Sequence record: AP025670.1
From: a plasmid
Strand: one strand, 5' to 3'
DNA length: 64,000 nucleotides
Made by a program: the position numbers and the translations under genes. The notes below the pieces were generated by a model. It was given only the letters and a program-made list of their open reading frames with translations, searched no databases and had not been told where the DNA came from. This document shows positions 27,854-36,522 of this stretch, one piece after another; positions within the stretch are counted from its first letter, which is position 1, and each line of letters opens with the position of its first letter.

Positions 27854-28091
27854 CAAGAAATCGTCTGAACTAGCCAGGCTGAGGCGTCAGCATCAGCTAG
27901 TTTGCTCTGTCATCGCAGCCTTGCTCATCTGTGCAGGTATATATGGGACCGTTGCACGTTTGGGCTTCATCCTGATGGCGCCATTGTTTGTTATCGCCTT
28001 AGGTGTGTTAGTCGATGCGTTCCTGCCAAGGGTAAGTTGGTTCTTCTGTGTGCGGGACGTGAGAGACATATTTGGGTGGAGAAAACGATAG
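27840..28091 (+). CDS. Small membrane protein
   Basis: about 83 aa, 2 TM helices; contains a stray iteron-like sequence at about 27940. Confidence 0.35.
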   Translation: MMNSDKKSSELARLRRQHQLVCSVIAALLICAGIYGTVARLGFILMAPLFVIALGVLVDAFLPRVSWFFCVRDVRDIFGWRKR

Positions 28092-28333
28092 TGGCGAAGT
28101 TGAAGGTTTATGGCGGGATCACTTATGGGGCCGAGGGGCAGTTCAGAACTGTCGTTGCGGCCACAAGTAAGAGCAAGGCTGCTTCAATTCTGAATATCAC
28201 GATTTACCAGATGAATAGCTGGTGGACGGAGACTTTTAACAAGTACGAGGTCGAGGCGGCGATGTCTGAGCCGGGGGCTATTTTTTCAAAGCCTCTCGAT
28301 GGCAGAGGCCCATTTGTAAAGCAGGAAGGATAA
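28091..28333 (+). CDS. Small hypothetical protein (GTG start)
   Basis: The in-frame GTG overlaps the upstream TAG; the ORF-track version (27902) overlaps the previous gene. Confidence 0.3.
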   Translation: MAKLKVYGGITYGAEGQFRTVVAATSKSKAASILNITIYQMNSWWTETFNKYEVEAAMSEPGAIFSKPLDGRGPFVKQEG

Positions 28334-28335
28334 TT

Positions 28336-28698
28336 GTGAGAAGTGTTTTTGTATGGTTGAAGGCCGGGGCAATACTGGCTTTCCTATTCATCGGTATTGC
28401 TGGTGCTGTCAACCGGGTCTATTGGGTTAACAGCCAAGGTTTGAGCCAGGGGTCGATGTCATCCACATGGGTTAAAGAAAAGTTTGGCCTAGACCTTGGT
28501 GCAATGTGCCGTTATGACAAACCCCAGCATGTCGAGTTCAAAGTCCTTCCTGATCAGACAATCCAGTTCCGCTGCTCATGGTTTGAAGGTGGCGGATTAA
28601 CCTGGTGGCCTTTCTACACCGAGCATGATGTAAAGAGCGCCGAGGCGACCTCTGTGCTCAATGACATCTTCCAGGGTACGGAGGGGCATGATGAGTAG
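28336..28698 (+). CDS. Secreted hypothetical protein
   Basis: 120 aa, signal peptide, RBS AGGAAGGA, GTG start. Confidence 0.45.
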   Translation: MRSVFVWLKAGAILAFLFIGIAGAVNRVYWVNSQGLSQGSMSSTWVKEKFGLDLGAMCRYDKPQHVEFKVLPDQTIQFRCSWFEGGGLTWWPFYTEHDVKSAEATSVLNDIFQGTEGHDE

Positions 28699-29935
28699 CC
28701 AGCTAGAACTTTTTCATGTCCAAGAGGCGTATGCCAAGGCCGATAAGCCGCTATCGAATGAGGAGCTCTACGATTCAGTGGCAGAGCTCGCTGGAATCCC
28801 GAAAAGCGCTCTGAATGAACAAAGTGAAATTGGCAAGGCAAAGGTCAAGCGGAGCAAGCTGAAAAGACAGATACGCTGGTATCAGCAAACCCTCAAGTCG
28901 ATGAACCTTCTCCAGAAGGTGGACGGCGAGCGGGGTGTCTGGGAGCTCTCAAGCAAAACCAAGAAGGGCCTGCATGAAGCGCTTGGTGGCATTCGACTTG
29001 TCGCCTATTCAACAAATCTTGGGCTGGCGGTGTGGTCAAACAACAAGAGCTTTTTCTCTGACCTCGATGAGCCGGTGCATCTGTGTGTGACATCTCCGCC
29101 GTTTCCGCTCCGAATACAGCGTGGCTATGGAAACGTTGATGAAGCCAAATGGGTGGATTTCATAACCCAGGCGCTCGAACCGATAGTCAAGAACCTGGTG
29201 CCAGGAGGAAGCGTTGTCCTGAATGTCAGCAATGACATCTTCGAGGCCAAGAGCCCCTCCAGATCTCTCTATGTTGAAAGAATGGTGCTGGCGCTCCATG
29301 ATCGGCTCGGGCTGTCTCTCATGGATAGATGGCCGTGGATCAACCTGTCAAAACCACCAAGTCCAACCCACTGGGCTTGTGTGAACCGTTACCAGTTGTG
29401 TGCCGGGTGGGAGCCTGTTTATTGGTTCACCAACGACCCTGACAGGGTGCGTTCTGACAACAGAAGGGTCCTGATCCCTCATACAGAGAAACATCAGAAG
29501 CTGATGGCTCAAGGGGGGGATAACCGAGTGGTCAGTTATGGTGACGGGGCATATCGACTGAGAGGGAACGCATTCTCTAATGTCACAGAAGGACGGATAC
29601 CGAAAAACGTTATCCAGCGCGGCCACCGTTGTGCGGATACGCTGGAGCTTCGGAGAATCGCTAGAGAACTGGGGTTGCCACCGCACCCGGCAATGTTCCC
29701 AACAGACATACCTGAGATGGCTATCCGCTTTCTGACGGAAGAGGGCGACCTTGTTGTTGATCCGTTCAGTGGGTCGAATAAGAGCGGGTTGGCCGCAGAA
29801 AGGAATAACCGGCGCTGGATCGCCTGTGACATCATTCTTGAGTACATTCGTACCCAGGCGGAAATGTTCACCGGCTTTGATGGATTTTGGATTAACCCAG
29901 CCATAGCAACAGTGGGCGGGGGAGCGTTGAATTAA
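28688..29935 (+). CDS. DNA methyltransferase, N6-adenine/N4-cytosine type (beta-class order), orphan
   Basis: Catalytic motif IV (TSPPF) lies N-terminal to the AdoMet motif I (VVDPFSGSN). Confidence 0.75.
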   Translation: MMSSQLELFHVQEAYAKADKPLSNEELYDSVAELAGIPKSALNEQSEIGKAKVKRSKLKRQIRWYQQTLKSMNLLQKVDGERGVWELSSKTKKGLHEALGGIRLVAYSTNLGLAVWSNNKSFFSDLDEPVHLCVTSPPFPLRIQRGYGNVDEAKWVDFITQALEPIVKNLVPGGSVVLNVSNDIFEAKSPSRSLYVERMVLALHDRLGLSLMDRWPWINLSKPPSPTHWACVNRYQLCAGWEPVYWFTNDPDRVRSDNRRVLIPHTEKHQKLMAQGGDNRVVSYGDGAYRLRGNAFSNVTEGRIPKNVIQRGHRCADTLELRRIARELGLPPHPAMFPTDIPEMAIRFLTEEGDLVVDPFSGSNKSGLAAERNNRRWIACDIILEYIRTQAEMFTGFDGFWINPAIATVGGGALN

Positions 29936-29948
29936 GAGAACAATACCT

Positions 29949-30398
29949 ATGAGTTTAAGTTTTATCGCAAGAGTCTTGCGCCAATTGGCAATTATGTTTG
30001 TCCTCTCCGTGCTTATTATGGCCGGATATATCTACTATGCCGGTAAACAGCATCAGCAGGCAGCAATCAACTTTTGGGGTGATCAATACCAGCCTGATGC
30101 CATCTCGACGCAAATTGATTGGGGGTTTATCGGTAACTGGGTTATTCCTCGCGGGGGGCCAATTATTTCTCCGGGCATTGCTGGAGTGTGTCCCAATACA
30201 CCACTTCCCGTTGTGCCTCTTAAAATTGGTCCTGATGGCCGGGGTTACGTTCTCTGTGGTATTGGAAGTGAGGCTGTCGCTACCAGCTTTGATGTCAATG
30301 ACATCCAGGATGAAGAGATACGAAACACATTAAAAACGATGTTTGAGGAAGAATTTGAAAAAACTGGTAAGGGGGATAAATGGACGCTCAAGAACTGA
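29949..30398 (+). CDS. Secreted/membrane hypothetical protein
   Basis: 149 aa, N-terminal TM. Confidence 0.45.
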   Translation: MSLSFIARVLRQLAIMFVLSVLIMAGYIYYAGKQHQQAAINFWGDQYQPDAISTQIDWGFIGNWVIPRGGPIISPGIAGVCPNTPLPVVPLKIGPDGRGYVLCGIGSEAVATSFDVNDIQDEEIRNTLKTMFEEEFEKTGKGDKWTLKN

Positions 30399-30691
30399 AC
30401 CATATGATAGCTGAGGCCTACAGCCGGGATCTGCAAAAGCCTGAGCTGGTATCGTTCAAAGAGGTGAGTCGCTGGGGGCGTAAGTACGGTTTCCCCGTCG
30501 TATGCACCCTAGCCGATGAAAGTGAAGAAAAGCAGATTCACTGGGCTGCCAGTTTGCTCATTCAAGTAGCCGGTACTTGGCCGCGAGAAGATATGCCGGA
30601 ATTGCTCACACCGGAACAGGGCTCCGCGCTGCTCAACGATGCGAAGCAGTTATTGGCGAATGGGCTTGGGGCAGCAAATCAAATGCGCTGA
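30380..30691 (+). CDS. Hypothetical protein
   Basis: 103 aa; a terminator follows (30710-30737). Confidence 0.45.
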   Translation: MDAQELNHMIAEAYSRDLQKPELVSFKEVSRWGRKYGFPVVCTLADESEEKQIHWAASLLIQVAGTWPREDMPELLTPEQGSALLNDAKQLLANGLGAANQMR

Positions 30692-30770
30692 CAGCACAAT
30701 CTTTGTCAACAAGCGGCCTTTATGGCCGTTTTTTTGTTTCAAGTTTGTTTTGACAGAACCATAATTAGAT

Positions 30771-30800
30771 ATTGCAGTATCATTTTATGATCGCTACAAT
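30771..30800. promoter_or_regulatory. IR operator family member (ATTGCAGTATCATTTTATGATCGCTACAAT) in the parA promoter
   Basis: Dyad family, immediately followed by palindrome copy 7. Confidence 0.5.
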
Positions 30801-30802
30801 CT

Positions 30803-30818
30803 TTCACATGTGAAAGTT
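30803..30818. promoter_or_regulatory. Palindrome CTTTCACATGTGAAAG (copy 7), about 45 bp upstream of parA
   Basis: Exact copy. Confidence 0.6.
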
Positions 30819-30864
30819 TGGGGGTGGTCTGGATCACCTGCGAGAAACCAAAATAGAGGTGGGT

Positions 30865-31650
30865 ATGGCAAAAGTAATCAGCTTCGCCAACCAGAAAGGC
30901 GGAGTGGGTAAGAGTACCCTCTGTATCCAGCAGGCCTTTTATCTGGCGTTACAGAAGAAAAAGAAAGTGCTGGTCTTGGATATGGATGGTCAGGGGAACA
31001 CGTCCTCTCGACTGGCCCCCAGACGAGAGCTTGAGGATGGTGACTACGAGCCCATCCTCACAGGAACCAAAACCGCAGAGCTGTTCGCTTACGAGCTGGA
31101 CGGCATTGAGGTCATGCACTGCCCTTGCGGTGCAGACCTCATTCATACGCCGAAAAACGACCCGGATCTGTTTGAGATGGAGGCTGTGCCTCTTGACCAA
31201 GCCATGAATCCGGCTCGCCATTTGGCTGAGCTGTTTGAGAACTACGACTACGTGCTGATTGATTGTCCGCCTAGCCTCGGCAGAAAGCTGGTGGCAGCGT
31301 TGGTGATGTCTACCCATGTAGCATGTCCGGTAAAGCTCTCTGGCTTCGCTGTGGACGGCGTAGAAGGTCTCCTGAACACGATTATTGGTGTGCGCGAGGC
31401 GTACAACCAAGATTTGGAGATCCTGGGCATCGTGATCAACGACATGGACCGCTCTGTCAATCACGACAAAGCCCTCAAGTCGCTGGAGAACACAGTTCCG
31501 GATCTGCTGTTTGAGAACAAAATTATGCACCGGCCTCCGCTCGATACGGCGACGACTGATGGCATCCCTGTCTGGGAGCTTCGCTATGGACATGTCGCGG
31601 CCAAAGAGGTTGAGGCGGTGTTGGAAGAACTATTAGAGAAGGTGGGCTAA
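30865..31650 (+). CDS. parA: Partition ATPase ParA
   Basis: Deviant Walker A KGGVGKST; 261 aa; followed by parB. Confidence 0.9.
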   Translation: MAKVISFANQKGGVGKSTLCIQQAFYLALQKKKKVLVLDMDGQGNTSSRLAPRRELEDGDYEPILTGTKTAELFAYELDGIEVMHCPCGADLIHTPKNDPDLFEMEAVPLDQAMNPARHLAELFENYDYVLIDCPPSLGRKLVAALVMSTHVACPVKLSGFAVDGVEGLLNTIIGVREAYNQDLEILGIVINDMDRSVNHDKALKSLENTVPDLLFENKIMHRPPLDTATTDGIPVWELRYGHVAAKEVEAVLEELLEKVG

Positions 31651-31653
31651 GCG

Positions 31654-32835
31654 ATGGCATTGAACAATTTAAAAGGCCTGTCCGAACTTGCTAAAGCCGC
31701 CAAAGGCAAGAAAGGCAAAGAGGTTCTTACCGTACCTGTTGACGACGTTGTATCCAAGGTCCAGGTTCGTAAGCGCTTCCGTAACATTGAAGAGCTGGCG
31801 GCAACCTTGCTGACCGAAGGGCAGCAGTCTCCGATCATCGTGTTCCCGAAGAACGAAGAAGGCAAGTTCGTCATCCAGAAAGGGGAGCGGCGTTGGAGAG
31901 CATGTAAACACGCTGGTATCGAGACCATTGACCTGGTGGTGAATGATAAGGTCCAGAACAACTTGGACGAGACTGCTGGTGAGCTGATCGAAAACATCCA
32001 GCGGGATGACTTGACTCCGGTAGAGATTGCCGAGGCGTTAAACCTGTTTATTGAAGAAGGTTGGAAGCAAAAGGATATTGCTGATCGGCTCGGTAAGAAT
32101 ATCACTTTCGTATCTACGCATCTGTCGTTGCTCAAGCTACCTGACTGTGTGCGTGAGTTATACGATAATGAAGTATGTTCTGATACAGAGACCTTGAATA
32201 ACCTTCGTCTCTTGTTCGATCTGAATGAAGAAAGATGTCGCGCCGTCTGCGCGGTGGCTATGTCTGACGGGATTACTCGTAAACAAAGCCGTGAGCTGCT
32301 GAATGATGCCAAACGTATCAAAGACGAAATGGAAAAAGGCCCACTGACTGGCTCCCACCAGAATGATGAGCTTGGCGCTGGCAACACCGACGAGCAATCC
32401 CTCAACTCGGGTGGGGATGGTACGTCGGAACAAACCGGGAATGACGACCTGAACCTTGCCCAGGAGGAACTGGAAGGGGGTAAAAATTCCAATGGTCAGG
32501 ACGATGATGACGAAGACCCTTTGCGTGATGAAGAGGGTGAGCACAAAGATCCTGTCAAGCAGCCAGATAACAGCGGCAAGGACAAAGATGAAGAAGGCGG
32601 TGATGCTCTTCCTCCTCTGCCGAAGGACAAGGAATGGAAGAACGTCCGGGCTGACAGTTTGATTTTTGCTGTCAACGTTAACCTGGATGGCGAGACCAAA
32701 CGTGGAGTCATCATGACCGACCGTGTTGCTCTGGTTCCGTCTACTGTCTGGGTTAAAACGCTCGATGGCGAAGGCAAGGAAAAGCATGTTCATGTGCCTG
32801 TGTCAGACATTGAACTCCTGAGTGTCGAAGGCTAA
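31654..32835 (+). CDS. parB: Partition protein ParB
   Basis: ParB box II GERRWRA, HTH, acidic Asp/Glu-rich linker; 393 aa. Confidence 0.9.
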   Translation: MALNNLKGLSELAKAAKGKKGKEVLTVPVDDVVSKVQVRKRFRNIEELAATLLTEGQQSPIIVFPKNEEGKFVIQKGERRWRACKHAGIETIDLVVNDKVQNNLDETAGELIENIQRDDLTPVEIAEALNLFIEEGWKQKDIADRLGKNITFVSTHLSLLKLPDCVRELYDNEVCSDTETLNNLRLLFDLNEERCRAVCAVAMSDGITRKQSRELLNDAKRIKDEMEKGPLTGSHQNDELGAGNTDEQSLNSGGDGTSEQTGNDDLNLAQEELEGGKNSNGQDDDDEDPLRDEEGEHKDPVKQPDNSGKDKDEEGGDALPPLPKDKEWKNVRADSLIFAVNVNLDGETKRGVIMTDRVALVPSTVWVKTLDGEGKEKHVHVPVSDIELLSVEG

Positions 32836-32877
32836 TAAAGGAGGCCCAGCCAGAGAGGTTGGGCCTGTCAAGAACAG

Positions 32878-33156
32878 GTGAATATGAAGATCTCACAGGA
32901 CATGAAAAGAAAATTTGCTTTGGTGAATGCCCTGTCTAAAACGGAGAAGCCAAGTCTCCAAGACCTTCACAAGGCAACAAATATTCCTGAATCAACGATC
33001 AAGAGACAGTTGTCTGCCCTGCGTGATGAGTTCGGAATGAATATCTTGTTCGTCAGGGAGTCTACCGGCGAACGAGGTGCCACCGGCTACTACATGCTGA
33101 CAGACTGGGGGATCTTAGACAGGTCTTCGTTCTTGAACCGGTACGGAAAACTGTAA
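32878..33156 (+). CDS. Small winged-helix protein downstream of parB (position corresponds to IncC '053')
   Basis: 92 aa, HTH-like …IPESTIKRQLSALR…; a bidirectional terminator follows. Confidence 0.55.
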   Translation: MNMKISQDMKRKFALVNALSKTEKPSLQDLHKATNIPESTIKRQLSALRDEFGMNILFVRESTGERGATGYYMLTDWGILDRSSFLNRYGKL

Positions 33157-33183
33157 GGTGCCATAGAGCAGCGCATTGAATGC

Positions 33184-33210
33184 AAAACCCGCCAATCGGC
33201 GGGTTTTTTT
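33184..33210. terminator. Bidirectional rho-independent terminator
   Basis: AAAACCCGCCAATCGGCGGGTTTTTTTA. Confidence 0.6.
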
Positions 33211-33844
33211 ATGCTGCCACGGTAGCGGCGGTTGCTGGAGGTTTTTCGGCGTAGTAGGCGATGTTCTTGGTTCGTCTGCTAAGGGTGTCTATGCCGACGA
33301 TACTCAGCGTTTTGGGAGTGGTATTGCGGGACTCGAAATAATGGAATAGCTGGATCATGCAGCACTTCACCATCAACGGATCGATGTCTTCCAGGTAGAT
33401 TGAGGCTTCTCTCAATGCTTCGGGACCGTGGTTCTCGATCAGGTTTTCCATCCAGTGAATGGCGTTGATGCCAGAACCACAGCAGGGCTCATAAAAGTCT
33501 GCCGAAGACTGTGAGCCAACAATGAGTGACATCAAGCGGCCAATCTCTGGAGGAGTGGGGAAGTAATTGGTGCCCTTCTTGTGGAAGCCAGACATGCTTA
33601 GGACGTAACCCAAAACATCGCTGGTGGGGTCGCGCTTAATGGCGGCAGACAGGACGTGAGAGAGCTCGAAGGCGACCGGCTGAAGTTCTTCCGGGATCTC
33701 CTCCTTGGCTGGGTATAGGCCAGTCTGCAAGTATGCCCACTGGTCAATAAAGGCCTCAACAAACCGAGATGTGCCCATTCTGTATCGGGACTGCTCGATG
33801 AGAGATAAAGCCTTGGATGTAAGTTGCTGTGTTTCTGGTGACAT
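33209..33844 (-). CDS. Short HsdM-like N6-adenine methyltransferase-domain protein that lacks the catalytic NPPF/Y motif
   Basis: Motif X-like NYFPTPPEIG and motif I YEPCCGSGINA are present; the protein ends before motif IV. Start chosen at ATG 33844 (GGAG RBS). Confidence 0.55.
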   Translation of the reverse strand: MSPETQQLTSKALSLIEQSRYRMGTSRFVEAFIDQWAYLQTGLYPAKEEIPEELQPVAFELSHVLSAAIKRDPTSDVLGYVLSMSGFHKKGTNYFPTPPEIGRLMSLIVGSQSSADFYEPCCGSGINAIHWMENLIENHGPEALREASIYLEDIDPLMVKCCMIQLFHYFESRNTTPKTLSIVGIDTLSRRTKNIAYYAEKPPATAATVAA

Positions 33845-33935
33845 AAGCGCTCCAGTTTGTTCTGACGAAACATTCAAGAGGTAGAAACGAAGAACCCCGC
33901 CGAAGCGAGGTTCTTTGCTTTCCTGCCTGATCGCC

Positions 33936-34079
33936 TTAATGCCGAAGCAAAGACGTCTTGATAAAGTCGGGGCAACCGGACATTTCCCGGTCGATGAAGT
34001 CCTGACGTTTCGCCAGCGGCCATTTCATGAACGCCGCGAGCGGGATGCGCTTATTCGTGTTAGTATTGCCTTGCAGCAT
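33936..34079 (-). CDS. Unlisted 47-aa ORF with a strong RBS
   Basis: AAGGAG 7 nt before ATG; MLQGNTNTNKRIPLAAFMKWPLAKRQDFIDREMSGCPDFIKTSLLRH. Confidence 0.35.
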   Translation of the reverse strand: MLQGNTNTNKRIPLAAFMKWPLAKRQDFIDREMSGCPDFIKTSLLRH

Positions 34080-34158
34080 AACAAAGCTCCTTAATTGCTT
34101 GATTGTGTTGTAAGGGCTGCAACGAAGGTCGAAGAGCGATGCGGCCCTTATTTATGAT

Positions 34159-34185
34159 TATTACAGCATCATAAAATAATATCAA
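34159..34185. promoter_or_regulatory. IR operator family member (ATTACAGCATCATAAAATAATATCAAG)
   Basis: Half-site conserved. Confidence 0.4.
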
Positions 34186-34215
34186 GAGACAATAAAACGA
34201 TACCAAGAAACAAAA

Positions 34216-34231
34216 CTTTCACATGTGAAAG
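34216..34231. promoter_or_regulatory. Palindrome CTTTCACATGTGAAAG (copy 8)
   Basis: Exact copy between two IR operators upstream of 34398. Confidence 0.6.
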
Positions 34232-34357
34232 TCTCCCCGCTGTCCACCTCGCACACTCCAAACGCCCAAATAACTTGTCTATCTGCCCAAAATGGGCGCG
34301 TAAGCGTCCGATAGAAAGTAATTGTTAGTGAGATATTGACTACACGGAATATGGCTA

Positions 34358-34388
34358 TATCATAGAATCATAAAATGATGCTGTAAAA
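34358..34388. promoter_or_regulatory. IR operator family member (TATCATAGAATCATAAAATGATGCTGTAAAA)
   Basis: Dyad family, 10 bp upstream of the gene start. Confidence 0.5.
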
Positions 34389-34397
34389 GTGATATGT

Positions 34398-34775
34398 ATG
34401 CCAAAGCAAGCAAATCATCTCCGTTTGAAGAAACCTTGCGCCAACTGTCCATTCCGGAAGGAGGGCGCTATCGAGCTGGCCCCTGGGCGATTAGAAGGCA
34501 TCATCAACGACATCGTTGAAAACGACATGACGACGTTTCATTGCCACAAGACCGTGCATTCAAAGTCAGGTGGTGAATGGGATGAAGAGGGTAACTATGC
34601 ACCTTCGGGACAAGAGTCGATGTGTGCCGGTGCTGCGGCTTACTTGATGAAAATAGGCAGGCCGACAGTGGCTATGCGAATTGCCTTTGCGTTTGGTGAT
34701 GCAAAGGTGTCCGACTGGGACGAAGCTCAAGAGCTGGTTATCGAGCCTTTGGTACAAGGGGACCGAAATGAGTAA
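34398..34775 (+). CDS. Cys/His-rich hypothetical protein
   Basis: 125 aa, CANCPF…FHCHK…MCAG. Confidence 0.5.
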   Translation: MPKQANHLRLKKPCANCPFRKEGAIELAPGRLEGIINDIVENDMTTFHCHKTVHSKSGGEWDEEGNYAPSGQESMCAGAAAYLMKIGRPTVAMRIAFAFGDAKVSDWDEAQELVIEPLVQGDRNE

Positions 34776-35049
34776 GCGATATGCGGTAGTGCCGCATCCG
34801 AAACTGAAACGAGAGTACAAAGGTCGGCTGGTCAGAACTACTCGGGTACTAAAAAACGGCTGGGGGTTGATCCCTCTAGGGGCTGTGGCAACGGTCACGC
34901 ATCAGTCTCCCAAGGGATCAGAGCTGACCTTTGAACCATGCGACTGCTGCGGCCTGAAAGCCATTATCAGTCATGTAAGCATGGACTCCATTGAATTTAT
35001 CGAACCGATTACTGAGGAAGAAGATGGACGAGAACAAGCTCAACATTGA
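34768..35049 (+). CDS. Small hypothetical protein
   Basis: 93 aa from ATG 34768, overlapping the upstream stop. Confidence 0.4.
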   Translation: MSKRYAVVPHPKLKREYKGRLVRTTRVLKNGWGLIPLGAVATVTHQSPKGSELTFEPCDCCGLKAIISHVSMDSIEFIEPITEEEDGREQAQH

Positions 35050-35698
35050 AACGGTCGATGGGCACAACGAGCTGGTAGTCAGCTTTTTGTCCAGAATGGT
35101 AAGCCTGAGTGACGAGGAAAAGCAGACAGTATTGTCCTGCCTTCCGGACACCGGCAAACAAACAATCACCCAGCTCTATGAGGCGCTGCGTTCTCAAGGG
35201 CACCAGGATCTTGCAGAGAAAGTCGAACCATACCTCCAGCAGGGGGTGTTTGGGCCGATCTTCGATAACGCCAAGTCCAAGGTGTTCGTTCGGGACGAAG
35301 CGCCTTTTTTCCTCATGGATGAAAATCCTTTGAACTGGGATGACGCTAAAGCATTCAATCGCCTACGTATGAGTACGGCCTGTGTTCTTGGCCGTGGCGG
35401 CTGGACTATCGGTGAGCGCTTTGATGACCGCTTTGATACCGAGGTGGGCGGAACACAGCTTATCGTCACCCAGTCACTCAACGAAAAAGGTGAGATTGAA
35501 GGAGGACTTCCTACCTCGATGTCGCTGAATGACTTTGCTGAGTTCCCTAAACAGCCAAGGCCTCCTCAAATAGTCGATTACCAGGAAGACAAGCGATACA
35601 CGCTTGAGGAAGCGGAAGCTATCCCTGAGCTCGCACCAGTGGTTCAGCGTCTGAAAGAGCGCATCGAAGAGTATGAGGAGAGAAGAGCCCATGATTGA
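35024..35698 (+). CDS. Hypothetical protein
   Basis: 224 aa from ATG 35024 (RBS GAGGAAG). Confidence 0.5.
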   Translation: MDENKLNIETVDGHNELVVSFLSRMVSLSDEEKQTVLSCLPDTGKQTITQLYEALRSQGHQDLAEKVEPYLQQGVFGPIFDNAKSKVFVRDEAPFFLMDENPLNWDDAKAFNRLRMSTACVLGRGGWTIGERFDDRFDTEVGGTQLIVTQSLNEKGEIEGGLPTSMSLNDFAEFPKQPRPPQIVDYQEDKRYTLEEAEAIPELAPVVQRLKERIEEYEERRAHD

Positions 35699-36197
35699 CC
35701 TGACATGCCGCCTCTGTGCTGGTTCCGGTGTTTATGACTTTTCCCCTTCCAAAGAAACCTGCGGTATGTGCCAAGGGCATGGGAAATTTGCTGACGCCAA
35801 AGCAATGCTGGTGGCTGCCATCGAGCTGGCAAAGAAGCAACGCGAGCCGGTCATTGAGGTGGTAATGGGGTTGGTGCTCCAGGGTGTGGATGTTAGAGGG
35901 AAGGAGCCTGGAGAGCGGTTCAAGGCTGCTCAGGCCTTTAACGCCCCAGGGCACAACCTATTACGATACGGGTGGGATGCTTGGGAGCTCTATGCCCTAC
36001 ATGAGGGTGTAAGTCCAGAACTTGCATCGCTTGGCCGAAGTGTGATGCGCGAGTGGCATAGCCATTCATGGGGCCGGTTCAGTGGAGAGGTAGGCTTTAA
36101 CGCCGCCGAGATCATGATCAAACAGGCCAAAGACAACCCAGAAAAAGCAGAAGAGCGCTGGGCGTTCCTGCTTAGTGAAGAATGGATGGTGGAATAA
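35691..36197 (+). CDS. DnaJ-type zinc-finger (CxxCxGxG ×2) protein
   Basis: CRLCAGSG and CGMCQGHG within the first 40 aa; 168 aa. Confidence 0.55.
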   Translation: MIDLTCRLCAGSGVYDFSPSKETCGMCQGHGKFADAKAMLVAAIELAKKQREPVIEVVMGLVLQGVDVRGKEPGERFKAAQAFNAPGHNLLRYGWDAWELYALHEGVSPELASLGRSVMREWHSHSWGRFSGEVGFNAAEIMIKQAKDNPEKAEERWAFLLSEEWMVE

Positions 36198-36514
36198 TTG
36201 TCGTGACAGAACAAACCAATAAGAAATTGATGCTGGATGAGTCTCCAGATATGCCCCTGCAATTCAAGTGGAGAAAGTTTGGTGGTGCGATTTTTACTGC
36301 CACGCAAACAATGGAGCACGTCAAGGAAGGACGTAAGCTCGGGCCGACTCCAGCAGGGATGCTACCTCAAGAAGTGTGGCTGAACCGCCTGATCGCTATG
36401 GAAGAAACCCTGCCACGAGGGAAGTTTTTTGACAGATTCCGCCGCCGCGACAAAAACGAGCAGTATGACTTGGCCGCCGATCATCTCCGTCTTGTCGGAC
36501 AGAAAAAGCTATAG
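36182..36514 (+). CDS. Hypothetical protein (start uncertain: 36182, 36203 GTG or 36230)
   Basis: 110-aa ORF. Confidence 0.4.
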   Translation: MDGGIIVVTEQTNKKLMLDESPDMPLQFKWRKFGGAIFTATQTMEHVKEGRKLGPTPAGMLPQEVWLNRLIAMEETLPRGKFFDRFRRRDKNEQYDLAADHLRLVGQKKL

Positions 36515-36522
36515 GGGGATAG

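Noticed and set aside
30949-32793. Minus-strand ORFs of 214-281 aa antisense to parA and parB
   Set aside because: parA and parB are unambiguous from motifs, so these are antisense artefacts
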